Below the pieces are notes generated by a model, which was not told the origin of the DNA, ran no database searches, and saw nothing but the letters and a program-made list of their open reading frames with translations. From Pseudomonadota bacterium (lineage in GTDB: Bacteria; Babelota; Babeliae; Babelales; CAIQNR01), in assembly GCA_027487215.1 (NCBI GenBank), contig JAIYDZ010000006.1:275892-339891 (forward strand): a DNA stretch of 64,000 nt, read 5' to 3'. Position numbers and translations under genes: made by a program. Shown one piece after another: positions 36,214-45,552 of this stretch (position 1 is the stretch's first letter; the number at the start of each line of letters is the position of its first letter).

Positions 36214-37428
36214 ATGGTTAAAAAATCTCTTTTAGGGCTTTTATTAAGCTTATCTTTAGGTAATTCGGTCTACACGTGGAAATCTGAAGATCTCCTTGCT
36301 CCCGTTTATGATGCGGGTGCAAAAACAACTGAATGGATTACTGAGCATAAGTTGCTGGTAGCTTCATCTGCAATTGCTGCCTATACAACCTACCAAAGCT
36401 ATAATCTTTTTAGCCACGTCTCAAAACTGGTATTTATACCTACTGTTGATCAGGAAGATGTTGTATGGACGACAACACCAGAAAATGAAAAAATAACTAC
36501 CGTCTTTTATCAAGGCTTGAAAAACTCTTTGACCCAACTTACTAACTATACCGGTTCGCGTGGGTTTACTGCTCCAACAGGAGAACATATCGTCTCTGCA
36601 CTTGGAATTGATATTGCCTACAACCCTCTTACCAGCCATGAAATAAAAGAAGTAATTCTTAAAGGTGACTCTCGCCTACAAAAATACGCGCTACGCGATC
36701 ATTTCTTCCATTTACTTACCAGTGTAATAAATAACAGCAAACGCATAACCTACACCCAGCCTCAAACTTCTAACGGTATGACCATGAAGTCCCACTCCCT
36801 TGTTTTTGATCAGGTTTGTATTGGTCAAAACAATGATATGAATAATTTTGATGAAAAATTCAGTCAAGAACAACAACAAAAGCCTTCAATCCTTTTTGGG
36901 GTATCACGCGGATCTGCTACGGTGTTTAACTCTGTTGCCGATCGCAATTATGATCTAAGCAATGTAAAAATGATTATTCTTGAAGGATGTTTTGATAGCG
37001 TTATCAATATTATTGATAAACGATGGGGAAAGCTTTATCAACTAATGCCAACTTCAGTCTTTAAGTATTTAGCAAAAAAATCGGTCCCTGGTCTTAATGT
37101 TGATGGGCCTTTCCCGATCCAACATGCAGATAAATTTGCCCATAAAGCACAAAATATTCCAGTCGTTTTTATCACAAGTAAAATTGACAAAGTTGTGCCT
37201 CATGAATGTACCGTGGCGCTTGCAAATGCGGTAAAAAAAGCAGGGCATCAAAAAGTATACTTACTGAAACTTGAAAAGTCTGCTCATCCTTATTACCACA
37301 TTGATCACGCAGACGATCGTGCAAAATATCTGCACTTCATGCATGCGGTGTACAAAAAACATGGACTCCCTTATTCAGAAGCACAAGCAGCTCTTGGAGA
37401 GCACCTATTAGAGGAAGCTCTTTTATAA
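36214..37428 (+). CDS. Secreted/anchored alpha/beta-hydrolase-like protein
   Basis: Hydrophobic N-terminus. GVSRG (GxSxG nucleophile elbow) within ILFGVSRGSATVF. Later EGCFDS and KSAHPYYH could supply Asp/His. Fold assignment is tentative. Confidence 0.4.
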   Translation: MVKKSLLGLLLSLSLGNSVYTWKSEDLLAPVYDAGAKTTEWITEHKLLVASSAIAAYTTYQSYNLFSHVSKLVFIPTVDQEDVVWTTTPENEKITTVFYQGLKNSLTQLTNYTGSRGFTAPTGEHIVSALGIDIAYNPLTSHEIKEVILKGDSRLQKYALRDHFFHLLTSVINNSKRITYTQPQTSNGMTMKSHSLVFDQVCIGQNNDMNNFDEKFSQEQQQKPSILFGVSRGSATVFNSVADRNYDLSNVKMIILEGCFDSVINIIDKRWGKLYQLMPTSVFKYLAKKSVPGLNVDGPFPIQHADKFAHKAQNIPVVFITSKIDKVVPHECTVALANAVKKAGHQKVYLLKLEKSAHPYYHIDHADDRAKYLHFMHAVYKKHGLPYSEAQAALGEHLLEEALL

Positions 37429-37475
37429 AGATATCTTTCTCGTGTATAGTAAAATTATAAGAAAATCCGCAATTA

Positions 37476-37504
37476 TTGTATTAAATTGAGGATCTTCTTA
37501 TAAT
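37476..37504 (+). promoter_or_regulatory. Putative sigma70 promoter
   Basis: TTGTAT (37476-81), 17-nt spacer, TATAAT (37499-504), about 50 nt upstream of ATG 37556. Confidence 0.45.
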
Positions 37505-37555
37505 ATACCTCACAAATATTTTATTAAAAATAATCTTAACAAAGATAACTTTCTT

Positions 37556-38626
37556 ATGAAAAAAAATCTTTCACTTACGCTTCTAGGCGGACTTTTTTGC
37601 ACAACTTACATTTTAAGCATTTTCTCAATGGAGCACGACACTCATGGACGATATGGAGCCCACTCATTAACACCCTCAAGAAACGCTTCCCGAAGAAACC
37701 CACATTCAGAAAGACAAGATGAAAGAGACAACCCAAGAGAGCGCGAAAGACGATCACAAATTAATGAACCACGAGAAAGACGTCATCCTCGTCGCACTTT
37801 GGGATCTGGCAACCATCGACGCGATCAGGCAATTTCATCAAATACTTTCAGACCACGTTACGTTTTTACCAGAACTACTGTAGAAAAAGTCGATGCACCA
37901 ATGATAGATCAATCAGTTGTCCAAGAAGATAAATCAGTAGAAGTTACTTCAGAAAATTTTAGCCAAATACTTTATATAGCTGTCGTAAAAAATGACTATA
38001 AAAAAATTCAAACAGTTCTTTCTTCTTACCAGGGAGAAGAATTTGATCCAAACCAATTTGCTGAAAAAAATGAAACTCCTTTGCATAGAGCAGTCAGAGA
38101 TCAAAGATTAGAAATAGTTAAAGTACTGTGCGCTGACCCAAGAATTAAAATTAATACCCCTGACGATAAAGGTGAAACTGCTTTATTTAAAACAATAACA
38201 CCAGAGATAATAGAGCATCTTATTTTTAATGGAGCTGATCCTCGTCATAAAAATGAACGTGGATACAGTCCTCTTGATCAGGCACGAAAGCTATCACGTG
38301 AAGATGTCTTAATATCTCTTCAAGTAAAAATTATTAAAGAAAAAGCACAATTTATTAAACAGCAAGAGGAAGAACGTCTCCAAAGAATTCAGAGCAGTGC
38401 AGTAGAGGTTAAAAGTACTGAGGACACAGATAATCCTGTATGTTCAATCTGCTTTGAATCTGAAGTCGTCCTTGCAAGCGCTAAAGATACAACCGACATT
38501 ACCGGGTCTTTTGTTAACTCCTTTACTTGTACCCACCAGTATCATGAAAATTGTATTAAATCTCTTATTAAATTGGGATCAAAACGTTGCCCTCTTTGTC
38601 GAAGCTGTCTTAAAATATTGCTCTAA
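37556..38626 (+). CDS. Ankyrin-repeat protein with C-terminal RING-H2 finger (E3 ubiquitin-ligase-like)
   Basis: Hydrophobic N-terminus and an Arg/Glu-rich linker. ANK blocks: TPLHRAVRDQRLEIVKVLC and GETALFKTITPEIIEHLIFNGADP. C-terminus reads C-x2-C-x25-C-x-H-x2-H-x2-C-x11-C-x2-C (CSIC...CTHQYHENC...CPLC, nt 38441-38599). Confidence 0.75.
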   Translation: MKKNLSLTLLGGLFCTTYILSIFSMEHDTHGRYGAHSLTPSRNASRRNPHSERQDERDNPRERERRSQINEPRERRHPRRTLGSGNHRRDQAISSNTFRPRYVFTRTTVEKVDAPMIDQSVVQEDKSVEVTSENFSQILYIAVVKNDYKKIQTVLSSYQGEEFDPNQFAEKNETPLHRAVRDQRLEIVKVLCADPRIKINTPDDKGETALFKTITPEIIEHLIFNGADPRHKNERGYSPLDQARKLSREDVLISLQVKIIKEKAQFIKQQEEERLQRIQSSAVEVKSTEDTDNPVCSICFESEVVLASAKDTTDITGSFVNSFTCTHQYHENCIKSLIKLGSKRCPLCRSCLKILL

Positions 38627-38811
38627 GAGCCCCGGGAAAAATTGGTTATTCAGAAGTTTCTCTACGCGCACTTGTAGAATATTATCAGCAATAAGAACAT
38701 AAGCTAACAAGACCATAGAAATTTTGTTTTCGGTATCAACATACAAGAATCAGTCTCTGAAAGCCTTAGTGGCTAGTCAGAGTATTAGCCCTGGAGAGAT
38801 TATAATGAACT

Positions 38812-40710
38812 TTAAGAAGAAAGCTTACTCATTAAATCTTCCCATAAAGCTGTTTCTGCTTTAGATTGCGCCTCTTTTTGTGCAAGGTTCTTTTGTGCAG
38901 TGGCAAACTCAGGTGTGCCATATTCAAGATCCCCAAACACATTGCGCAGCTCAAAAAGCTCTGCTTCAAGTTTTTCTATTTTGCGTTCTGAACGCGCAAT
39001 AGATTTACGCAACTCAAAAGCATCAAGAGAACTGATTGAAGGTTGTTGTTCAGGCTCAGACTGAGAAGTTGCAGCCATTTTTCCATCTTCTTTTTTAGGT
39101 GTCGTTTTTTCACGCATTTTTTGCTGTTCTGCTTTTTGATGCAAGAACGATTCATAGTTACCGATGTAACTAAACACCCCGTCGGGAGTAAGTTCAAGAA
39201 TACGAGACGCAAGACGATTGACACATTCATGGTCGTGAGACACAAACAGCATGGTACCTTCAAATCGCTCAAGTGCGTCAAAGAGAATCTCTTTTGTTTG
39301 AATATCCAAATGGTTTGTCGGTTCGTCAAGGAGTAAGAAGTTAGCATCCTGTAAAAGAACCTTAACCATACTCACTCGGTTTCGCTCACCACCGCTTAAA
39401 ACGCCCGTTTTTTTAATAACTTCTTCTTTGGAAAATAAAAACGATCCTAAACAACTTCTAATTTGTTGTTCTGTTTTGTGCGCAGTACTATCAAAAACTT
39501 CCTGCAGCACTGTTTTGCGGGGATCAAGAACCTTATGTTGTTCCTGTTCAAACACCGTTGTTTTTACATTATGCCCCAGATGTAACGTTCCTGTTCGTGG
39601 TTTATATTTTCCACACAGTACGTTAAAAAGAGTTGTTTTACCCACACCATTGGGCGCAATAACTGCTACTTTTTCACCACGCTCAATCTGGAAGCTCACG
39701 TTTTTAAATATTGGCGTATCCCCAAACGAAAAGCCTAATTTTTCAACTTCAAGAACCATCCGCCCTGAACGTTCAGGAGTGCCAAATGAAAATCCTACTG
39801 AACGCACTTGGTTGGGAATTTCAATAACCTCAATTTTATCAAGCGCACGCTCCATACTTTTAGCCATTTTTGATTTACTTGCCTTGGCCTTAAATCGTTC
39901 AATGGTTTTTCTTTTTTGTTCAATCTCTTTTTGTTGCTGTTCATGAGCTGCATGAAGATGAGCCATCGCTTGAGCTTTTTGGTTCTCATAATCCTGGTAG
40001 TTACCGTGATACACAGTGCTTCTGCCCGCTTCAAGTTCTAAAATTTTAGTACACAGTTCATCTAAGAAATAACGATCGTGACATACGAGCATAAAACCAA
40101 ATTTTGCTTCTTTTAAAAAGCCTAAAAACCAATCTTTTGCCACAATGTCTAAATGGTTTGTTGGTTCGTCAAACAGATAAAAGTCGGCATTTTGTAAAAG
40201 AAGTTTTGCAAGCACAACACGCATCTGCCAGCCTACACTGAGTGAGGTCATTGATGCATTCATACGTTCTTGAGAAAAACCAAGTCCAGCAAGAATTTTT
40301 TTAGTTTTACTCATAGAAAGATCAGGATTTAACTCTTTTAAAGCGATGCTTACAAGAGCATATTCAGAAACAGCGTCTTGATCTCCTGAATTTACCGCTT
40401 CTTCTAATTTTTTAAGTTGCTCACTAAGTTGAGCAATTTCAGTGAAAGCATAAAACGCTTCCTCAACAACAGATCGCGAACTGTTAAGAACCACCTCTTG
40501 AGGCATATAAGCAAGTGTGCCTTTTCCAGCAATCGAAACAGATCCGCCATCAAGTGGCTGCTTTCCTGCGATTGCTTTAAGTAGAGTAGATTTCCCTGAA
40601 CCATTACGCCCAACAAGTCCAACTTTTTCACCTGCTGCAATCGTTGCTGACAGTGAATCAAATACTTTTTGCTTACCAAAATTCAAGGACAAACCATTGA
40701 GCTGTAACAC
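38812..40710 (-). CDS. ABC-F family ATPase (two ABC domains, C-terminal coiled coil)
   Basis: Two Walker A sites (GRNGSGKST, APNGVGKTT) and two signatures (LSVGWQ, LSGGER). No TM domain. 632 aa. Confidence 0.88.
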   Translation of the reverse strand: MLQLNGLSLNFGKQKVFDSLSATIAAGEKVGLVGRNGSGKSTLLKAIAGKQPLDGGSVSIAGKGTLAYMPQEVVLNSSRSVVEEAFYAFTEIAQLSEQLKKLEEAVNSGDQDAVSEYALVSIALKELNPDLSMSKTKKILAGLGFSQERMNASMTSLSVGWQMRVVLAKLLLQNADFYLFDEPTNHLDIVAKDWFLGFLKEAKFGFMLVCHDRYFLDELCTKILELEAGRSTVYHGNYQDYENQKAQAMAHLHAAHEQQQKEIEQKRKTIERFKAKASKSKMAKSMERALDKIEVIEIPNQVRSVGFSFGTPERSGRMVLEVEKLGFSFGDTPIFKNVSFQIERGEKVAVIAPNGVGKTTLFNVLCGKYKPRTGTLHLGHNVKTTVFEQEQHKVLDPRKTVLQEVFDSTAHKTEQQIRSCLGSFLFSKEEVIKKTGVLSGGERNRVSMVKVLLQDANFLLLDEPTNHLDIQTKEILFDALERFEGTMLFVSHDHECVNRLASRILELTPDGVFSYIGNYESFLHQKAEQQKMREKTTPKKEDGKMAATSQSEPEQQPSISSLDAFELRKSIARSERKIEKLEAELFELRNVFGDLEYGTPEFATAQKNLAQKEAQSKAETALWEDLMSKLSS

Positions 40711-40727
40711 AGAAAAATCCCTCTAAG

Positions 40728-40756
40728 AAAAAAAAGCCGCGGAACGAGCCACGGCT
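40728..40756 (-). terminator. Rho-independent terminator
   Basis: On the minus strand GCCGTGG pairs with CCGCGGC (one G.U), followed by T8. Confidence 0.65.
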
Positions 40757-40781
40757 TTTATAGTTAAATCTACTTTACTAA

Positions 40782-41474
40782 TTAGTCTCTTCTTTTGCCA
40801 AATAAACGGAGCAAGTGAATGAAGAGATTAATGAAATCAAGATACAATGTTAGTGCACCCATCAATGCAACTTTATCACGATCTGACTGGTCAAGCATCG
40901 GCGCATGAGCCATATACTTTATTTTTTGTACATCATATGCTGTCAAAATTGTAAACAATGCAACTGCAAACAATGAAATGTAATAATCTGCTACAGGGCT
41001 ATTAAACCACATATTAACAAACATAGAAATTACAACTCCAAACAAACCCATTACTAGATAATTTTCAAGTGCTGACAGGTCTGCCTTGGTGAAATATCCA
41101 TAAAGCGCCATGCTTAAAAATGTTCCTGCGGTAATGGCAAATGCCAAGTAAATTGATTCTATCGTATAAAAATGAAGGTATACCGAAAAGGTAATACCCA
41201 AAACTGCTGCATAGGTTAAAAACGAAACAAGCGCAGTGGAGTAGTTCATCGTTGCAATACGCCAGGTTAAATAAGTAACCAAACCAATTTGCAAAAGAGC
41301 CAAACCAAAAAATAAAATTGGAGAGCTTACAACTACTTTAAATACTGCTGGTGTTGAGGCTACCAAGTAGGCAACTCCCGCAGTTGTAGCTAATGCTACT
41401 GACATCCAGCCGTATACCTTGTACATAAAATTTCTGACTGCATCGCTCGTGAATGTGTATTCTCGTTCAAACAT
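40782..41474 (-). CDS. BAX inhibitor-1 / YccA family membrane protein
   Basis: FMYKVYGWMSVALATTAG N-terminus, 7 TM spans, C-terminal YLDFINLFIHLLRLFG. Confidence 0.85.
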   Translation of the reverse strand: MFEREYTFTSDAVRNFMYKVYGWMSVALATTAGVAYLVASTPAVFKVVVSSPILFFGLALLQIGLVTYLTWRIATMNYSTALVSFLTYAAVLGITFSVYLHFYTIESIYLAFAITAGTFLSMALYGYFTKADLSALENYLVMGLFGVVISMFVNMWFNSPVADYYISLFAVALFTILTAYDVQKIKYMAHAPMLDQSDRDKVALMGALTLYLDFINLFIHLLRLFGKRRD

Positions 41475-41573
41475 AGAGTGTTCTCCTACCGCTTTAAATT
41501 TCTTGTGATAAGCTTCTACATGCCTTTTAGAATACCAGTTTTATCAAAAAGAGACAATGTGCTTGCAAACACC

Positions 41574-42236
41574 CTACTCAGGCTTAATAGGGTCAAAATG
41601 AAGATCAACTCCCGAAGGTTTGCCTTGGCGCTTGTTGCGACGCATAGCCAATGCTCCTGAGAAAGGAGATTTTTTATGACAAGCATCAGAATCTTGCTGA
41701 CTACAAAAAGGAGGAGTTACACAAGCTCTCTCAGCGGTAGTTTCAAAATGAGTGCCGCTCTGTGACAAAAAAGAAAGCGAAGCTGGAGAAGAAAGCTCGT
41801 CTGAAGAAGAAGGTAAGCGGGCAGAAGAAGCTCCACAATCAGGAGAAAGGTTCCTTTTAATAAGTAACCGAGAAATTTCAATTCCTTGTAAAGCAGCAGA
41901 AACAGTGACTAAAGAAAGGTTTTTGCCGGAGCATTTTTTAGAATGTTTTTCCCAAAGCATTTCAAACCCCAGCTTGCCTTCTGTAGGATCATAAAAAACC
42001 TCAGAAATTTTTTCTCTACAGTCCGGGCATTCCGCCTCACCATCAGAATTTACTTCACATACTACCGACGGATCTAAATCTTCTTTATTAAAATCAAACA
42101 AACTACAAAGTTCTTCATACGTCTGCGGTTTTGTTAGCGGTTTTGTTAGCGGTTTTGTTAAATGATAATTTTGATTTTTTTCAGCTGCATGCAATGAAAT
42201 CACGCTTAAAAATACTAAAAGTCGAGACAAATTCAT
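41574..42236 (-). CDS. Hypothetical secreted protein with a (TKPL)3 repeat
   Basis: Signal peptide MNLSRLLVFLSVISLHA. No domain recognised. Confidence 0.45.
   Translation of the reverse strand: MNLSRLLVFLSVISLHAAEKNQNYHLTKPLTKPLTKPQTYEELCSLFDFNKEDLDPSVVCEVNSDGEAECPDCREKISEVFYDPTEGKLGFEMLWEKHSKKCSGKNLSLVTVSAALQGIEISRLLIKRNLSPDCGASSARLPSSSDELSSPASLSFLSQSGTHFETTAERACVTPPFCSQQDSDACHKKSPFSGALAMRRNKRQGKPSGVDLHFDPIKPE
42126..42161. repeat. 12-nt tandem repeat x3 (CGGTTTTGTTAG) inside a CDS
   Basis: Direct reading of 42126-42161. Encodes TKPLTKPLTKPQ on the minus strand. Confidence 0.9.
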
Positions 42237-42419
42237 AAAGCCCCCTAAATGTATATTGAATTTGACAGGAAGGGCAGTGTATCACATAAAAAGAAGAGCT
42301 CCAACAGCCCCTCTTTCATGGGTTTATTCCTTTTGAGTAGGGGTAGAATCTCCCATTTCTTGCTATGACCTTATACACTAGTGTACACAAAGCAAGGCTT
42401 ACAAAATAAGGAGAAGGCT

Positions 42420-42980
42420 ATGCAACTGAATCGTTTTTTATTAGGTACTGGACTCATGGCAGCGTTTTTGAGTATCAACTTTAGCTCGCAAGACACGAGC
42501 GTAGATGGAAGTGATAAAAAACCATCTATCAATTTCTATGGAACCTTAACTGATACTACGGGACAAAAATATCAGGTTGAGGACATTACTATTTCAGGAA
42601 TGTATAAACAAATACCGGTTTATCAAAAACCTAAAGATAAACAAACTGATCCTCACGTTCACATCACCCGCCTTGATTTTGTAGAAATGCACATGCTACG
42701 TATACCAAACCCTCAAGACATTTTAACTTTTAACAACAGACAATACATTGAAATCGAAGTAACTTCTCGCGATGCGACACGAACAAAACAAAACTATATC
42801 ATTGAGCGCAGCAAACGAATTATTTGCGATCAAATCAACTCCGCAGGTCGCATTGAAAAAGATTTAGCATTTGAAGCAATAGATTCTTTGGTGTTTGAAG
42901 GACACAAAGGACAAACAGAAACTCCTGATAAAAATACTGATCAAAAAGAAACAATTAAACAACCGACAACAAAGCAATAA
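42420..42980 (+). CDS. Hypothetical secreted protein
   Basis: AAGGAGAAGG precedes ATG 42420. Signal-like N-terminus MQLNRFLLGTGLMAAFLSINFSS. Confidence 0.5.
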   Translation: MQLNRFLLGTGLMAAFLSINFSSQDTSVDGSDKKPSINFYGTLTDTTGQKYQVEDITISGMYKQIPVYQKPKDKQTDPHVHITRLDFVEMHMLRIPNPQDILTFNNRQYIEIEVTSRDATRTKQNYIIERSKRIICDQINSAGRIEKDLAFEAIDSLVFEGHKGQTETPDKNTDQKETIKQPTTKQ

Positions 42981-43103
42981 ACCACCTCTTTGTCTTAAAA
43001 AAAGAAACTCTTGGACTAACCAACCGTTGCCCAAGAGTTTCTTTTTTCAGTTTTTATGTTATACCTTAAATTGTCATCAAAACCCGACTGTTAAAGGAAA
43101 CGT

Positions 43104-43424
43104 ATGGCTGTAATGATAACAAGCGAGAACGTTGAACAAGAAATTAATCAATCAAAAAATCCAGTGCTGCTTGATGTGTATGCCACTTGGTGTGGACCAT
43201 GCCAACAAATGGCTCCTATTTTTGACGAACTTGAAAAAGAGTTCTCTTCAAAATGCACATTTGCAAAACTGAATATTGATGAGGCTCGAGAACTTTCAAT
43301 TCAATACGGAATTACTTCTGTACCAACCTTTGTGTTCATCAAAAATGGTGAAATCAAACACAAAGAAACTGGCTACATAGGCAAGGAAGATCTCAAAGCA
43401 AAGCTAGAAGATTTTATCGGCTAG
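43104..43424 (+). CDS. trxA: Thioredoxin
   Basis: 106 aa with VLLDVYATWCGPCQQMAPIF (canonical WCGPC) and TSVPTFVFIKNGE. Confidence 0.92.
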   Translation: MAVMITSENVEQEINQSKNPVLLDVYATWCGPCQQMAPIFDELEKEFSSKCTFAKLNIDEARELSIQYGITSVPTFVFIKNGEIKHKETGYIGKEDLKAKLEDFIG

Positions 43425-43523
43425 TCTTTACGCGCACACATAAAAAGGCGCGTCCAACATCGTAGTAAGAATTTTTAAAAGTCCTCCTTGTGGGGACTTT
43501 TAACATTATAAAGGGGTAGTTTT

Positions 43524-44000
43524 ATGAAGCACTCTCTCACGCATTTTTTTGCGCTCTTTGTTATAGTTCTGTCTTTCTCTGAAACTTTTTGTAAACGTCC
43601 TAAAAAAATACGCAAACAAACTTCCACTCTAGACGCTCCTCTTATCTCAGTAGTATCACCTGATTCATTTGCAACCGTGGTGGGAGAATCAAAAATACCC
43701 GTGGTACTTACTATTTGTGCAACTGGCACCTGGTGTGCACTTTCTCATGCAATGGCTCCCGTTATTAAACAAGTGGCAACAGAAAAAAAAGATTCTGTTC
43801 AATTTGCAGAAATACATGTAGATAGTTTTGAAAGAGAAGAACCGGCTCTCGTCCTTCTTAAACAGCGTTATAACGTCGAAGTAGATTGCGTTCCGACAAG
43901 CTTTGTTATTGTAAACAATCAAGTTATTGGAAAGCTAGAAGAAGAAATGGATTTAGAGAAATTTAATGAAACGATTAATTCAATTTTGCAAAAGAAGTAA
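43524..44000 (+). CDS. Secreted thioredoxin-fold protein with a monothiol CxxS site
   Basis: Signal peptide MKHSLTHFFALFVIVLSFSETFC. ICATGTWCALSHAMAPVIKQV has WCALS in place of WCGPC. Confidence 0.6.
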   Translation: MKHSLTHFFALFVIVLSFSETFCKRPKKIRKQTSTLDAPLISVVSPDSFATVVGESKIPVVLTICATGTWCALSHAMAPVIKQVATEKKDSVQFAEIHVDSFEREEPALVLLKQRYNVEVDCVPTSFVIVNNQVIGKLEEEMDLEKFNETINSILQKK

Positions 44001-44012
44001 TATTTCTGTTGA

Positions 44013-44040
44013 TTGACAAAGGGTCTATATCGGTTATGAT
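44013..44040 (+). promoter_or_regulatory. Putative sigma70 promoter
   Basis: TTGACA (44013-18), 16-nt spacer, TATGAT (44035-40), 75-90 nt upstream of the next ORF. Confidence 0.4.
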
Positions 44041-44114
44041 GTGCACACTATCAGCTTTAAAAAAGGCATAGTTAGTAATAAGCAGTGTTTGAAACTGTAT
44101 AGATAATTCACTTT

Positions 44115-44603
44115 ATGTGGGGTACTGACGTGAACAAACAATTATTCTCTCTATTAACCGCTCTTTCTCTTTTTGTTGGCGCAACTGCCAAAGAGGTTCC
44201 TGCACAAGTAAGAACCTTAACCCTTATCAACAGTTCTGATGATGTTAAGACCGTCGAAATTAAATACGTAAGAAACGTATACGCTTCTTCTGACAATGAA
44301 ACACTTGCTGCCGCAGAAAGAGTTCTTCATAGAACACACAAACAGATTATAACTCTTCAAGCTGGTCAAGAAATCGATGTACTTCTTGACGCTACAAGCA
44401 TTTCATTAAAAGCAATAACCGTAACTGATTCTCATGGAAAAATAACCCGTAAGTTCAGCAATGATACTATTGAACTTCCTCTCACAATTACTTTCAATGA
44501 GAGAGATTTCAGTACAAGTCCTCTAGTCATTGTTTCAAGAGGCAAAGACAAAATTCACTGGACAACACGTGCAGCTCAAGCAGCAGTGAACGTACTTCAG
44601 TAA
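44115..44603 (+). CDS. Hypothetical secreted protein
   Basis: Signal-like LFSLLTALSLFVGATA. The start could be the GTG at 44130. No domain recognised. Confidence 0.45.
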   Translation: MWGTDVNKQLFSLLTALSLFVGATAKEVPAQVRTLTLINSSDDVKTVEIKYVRNVYASSDNETLAAAERVLHRTHKQIITLQAGQEIDVLLDATSISLKAITVTDSHGKITRKFSNDTIELPLTITFNERDFSTSPLVIVSRGKDKIHWTTRAAQAAVNVLQ

Positions 44604-44632
44604 ATTAGTTTTAAAAAGCTGATAGATTAAAA

Positions 44633-44660
44633 AGCTCGGTATTAAAGCCGGGCTTTTTTA
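44633..44660 (+). terminator. Rho-independent terminator
   Basis: AGCTCGG pairs with CCGGGCT (one G.U), followed by TTTTTT. Confidence 0.6.
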
Positions 44661-44760
44661 ATGCTCTTTAAGCTCACAGAGCCATTATCCGCTTGACACC
44701 CCCTTCCATTTAGACAATATTTAAACCTGAATTGAATAGGGTATTACGTATGGGGGATTT

Positions 44761-45552
44761 ATGAAATTAGGTAAAATGATAGTAACTTTATCTGTAGCTA
44801 CATTTTTTATAACTACTTTTCCAGTGAGCGACAATGTCGTTCAGTATGAGATTCATCCACAAAACACTCACTCTATAAGTGATGCTACCCAAACCGCTGA
44901 CACTCAAGCGCTACTGAATCAAATAAACCAAAGAAAAGCGGACCTTTCGGCTTACACAAATGAACTGCCTCCACTTTTTAAAGAAATTAACAATATTAAC
45001 TTTGTACATAACCCACACAACCTTATTACTTTTGAAATCATTGATTTTTGGTCATCCACAGTCAATAAAGTTATGAAGTTACTTCTTTCTAAAAGGATTA
45101 CTTGTATCTATGTTGGATGGGATGATTTTAAAACCCAAACAGGTAGAATTAATGATGATCACGTGATAATAAGTCCTGAAATTAAAATCATGAGAGAACT
45201 TCATTCACAGCTTTCAAGTCACATGGTTATTACTGCCCTACAAGTCAACTATAGAGGCACCCTCGCTGTAGGAGATCCTTTTTGTAAATGTGGAGCGTTA
45301 AAATTCAGAGATCTTTTTGGAATAGATTTTACTCCTGAAACAAACTATGGGCTAAAATATAAACATTGTTTTTTAATACTCACCGATGGAGTCATTACAG
45401 ACATTGTTCCAGAAAATGCTACCAAAGAAGAACTGTATAAAAGACTTTCCCTGGCCTATAATGCTGTTAATGAAATTCCGCTTGAACAAAAGTTAAAAAA
45501 AGATCTTCAGGCGGCTCAAAAAAACTATCAATGTATAAAGGACTTGAGATGA
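44761..45552 (+). CDS. Hypothetical membrane-anchored/secreted protein
   Basis: 263 aa with hydrophobic N-terminus MKLGKMIVTLSVATFFITTFPV. Its stop overlaps the next start (ATGA). Confidence 0.45.
   Translation: MKLGKMIVTLSVATFFITTFPVSDNVVQYEIHPQNTHSISDATQTADTQALLNQINQRKADLSAYTNELPPLFKEINNINFVHNPHNLITFEIIDFWSSTVNKVMKLLLSKRITCIYVGWDDFKTQTGRINDDHVIISPEIKIMRELHSQLSSHMVITALQVNYRGTLAVGDPFCKCGALKFRDLFGIDFTPETNYGLKYKHCFLILTDGVITDIVPENATKEELYKRLSLAYNAVNEIPLEQKLKKDLQAAQKNYQCIKDLR

Noticed and set aside
39428-39946. 172-aa plus-strand ORF and the other ORFs nested in the ABC-F gene (38976..39347, 39043..39336, 39795..40034, 40404..40679, 40517..40726)
   Set aside because: They lie entirely inside a confidently identified 632-aa ABC-F gene on the other strand or in another frame. 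They have low-complexity or odd composition and no motifs.
43477-43501. Terminator after trxA (AAAAGTCC...GGACTTTT)
   Set aside because: The 8-bp hairpin exists, but its T-run is part of the stem and is followed by AAC. It is too weak to list as a feature. It also shows that AAAGTCC-type heptamers occur by chance in this genome, which tempers the RNase P argument above.
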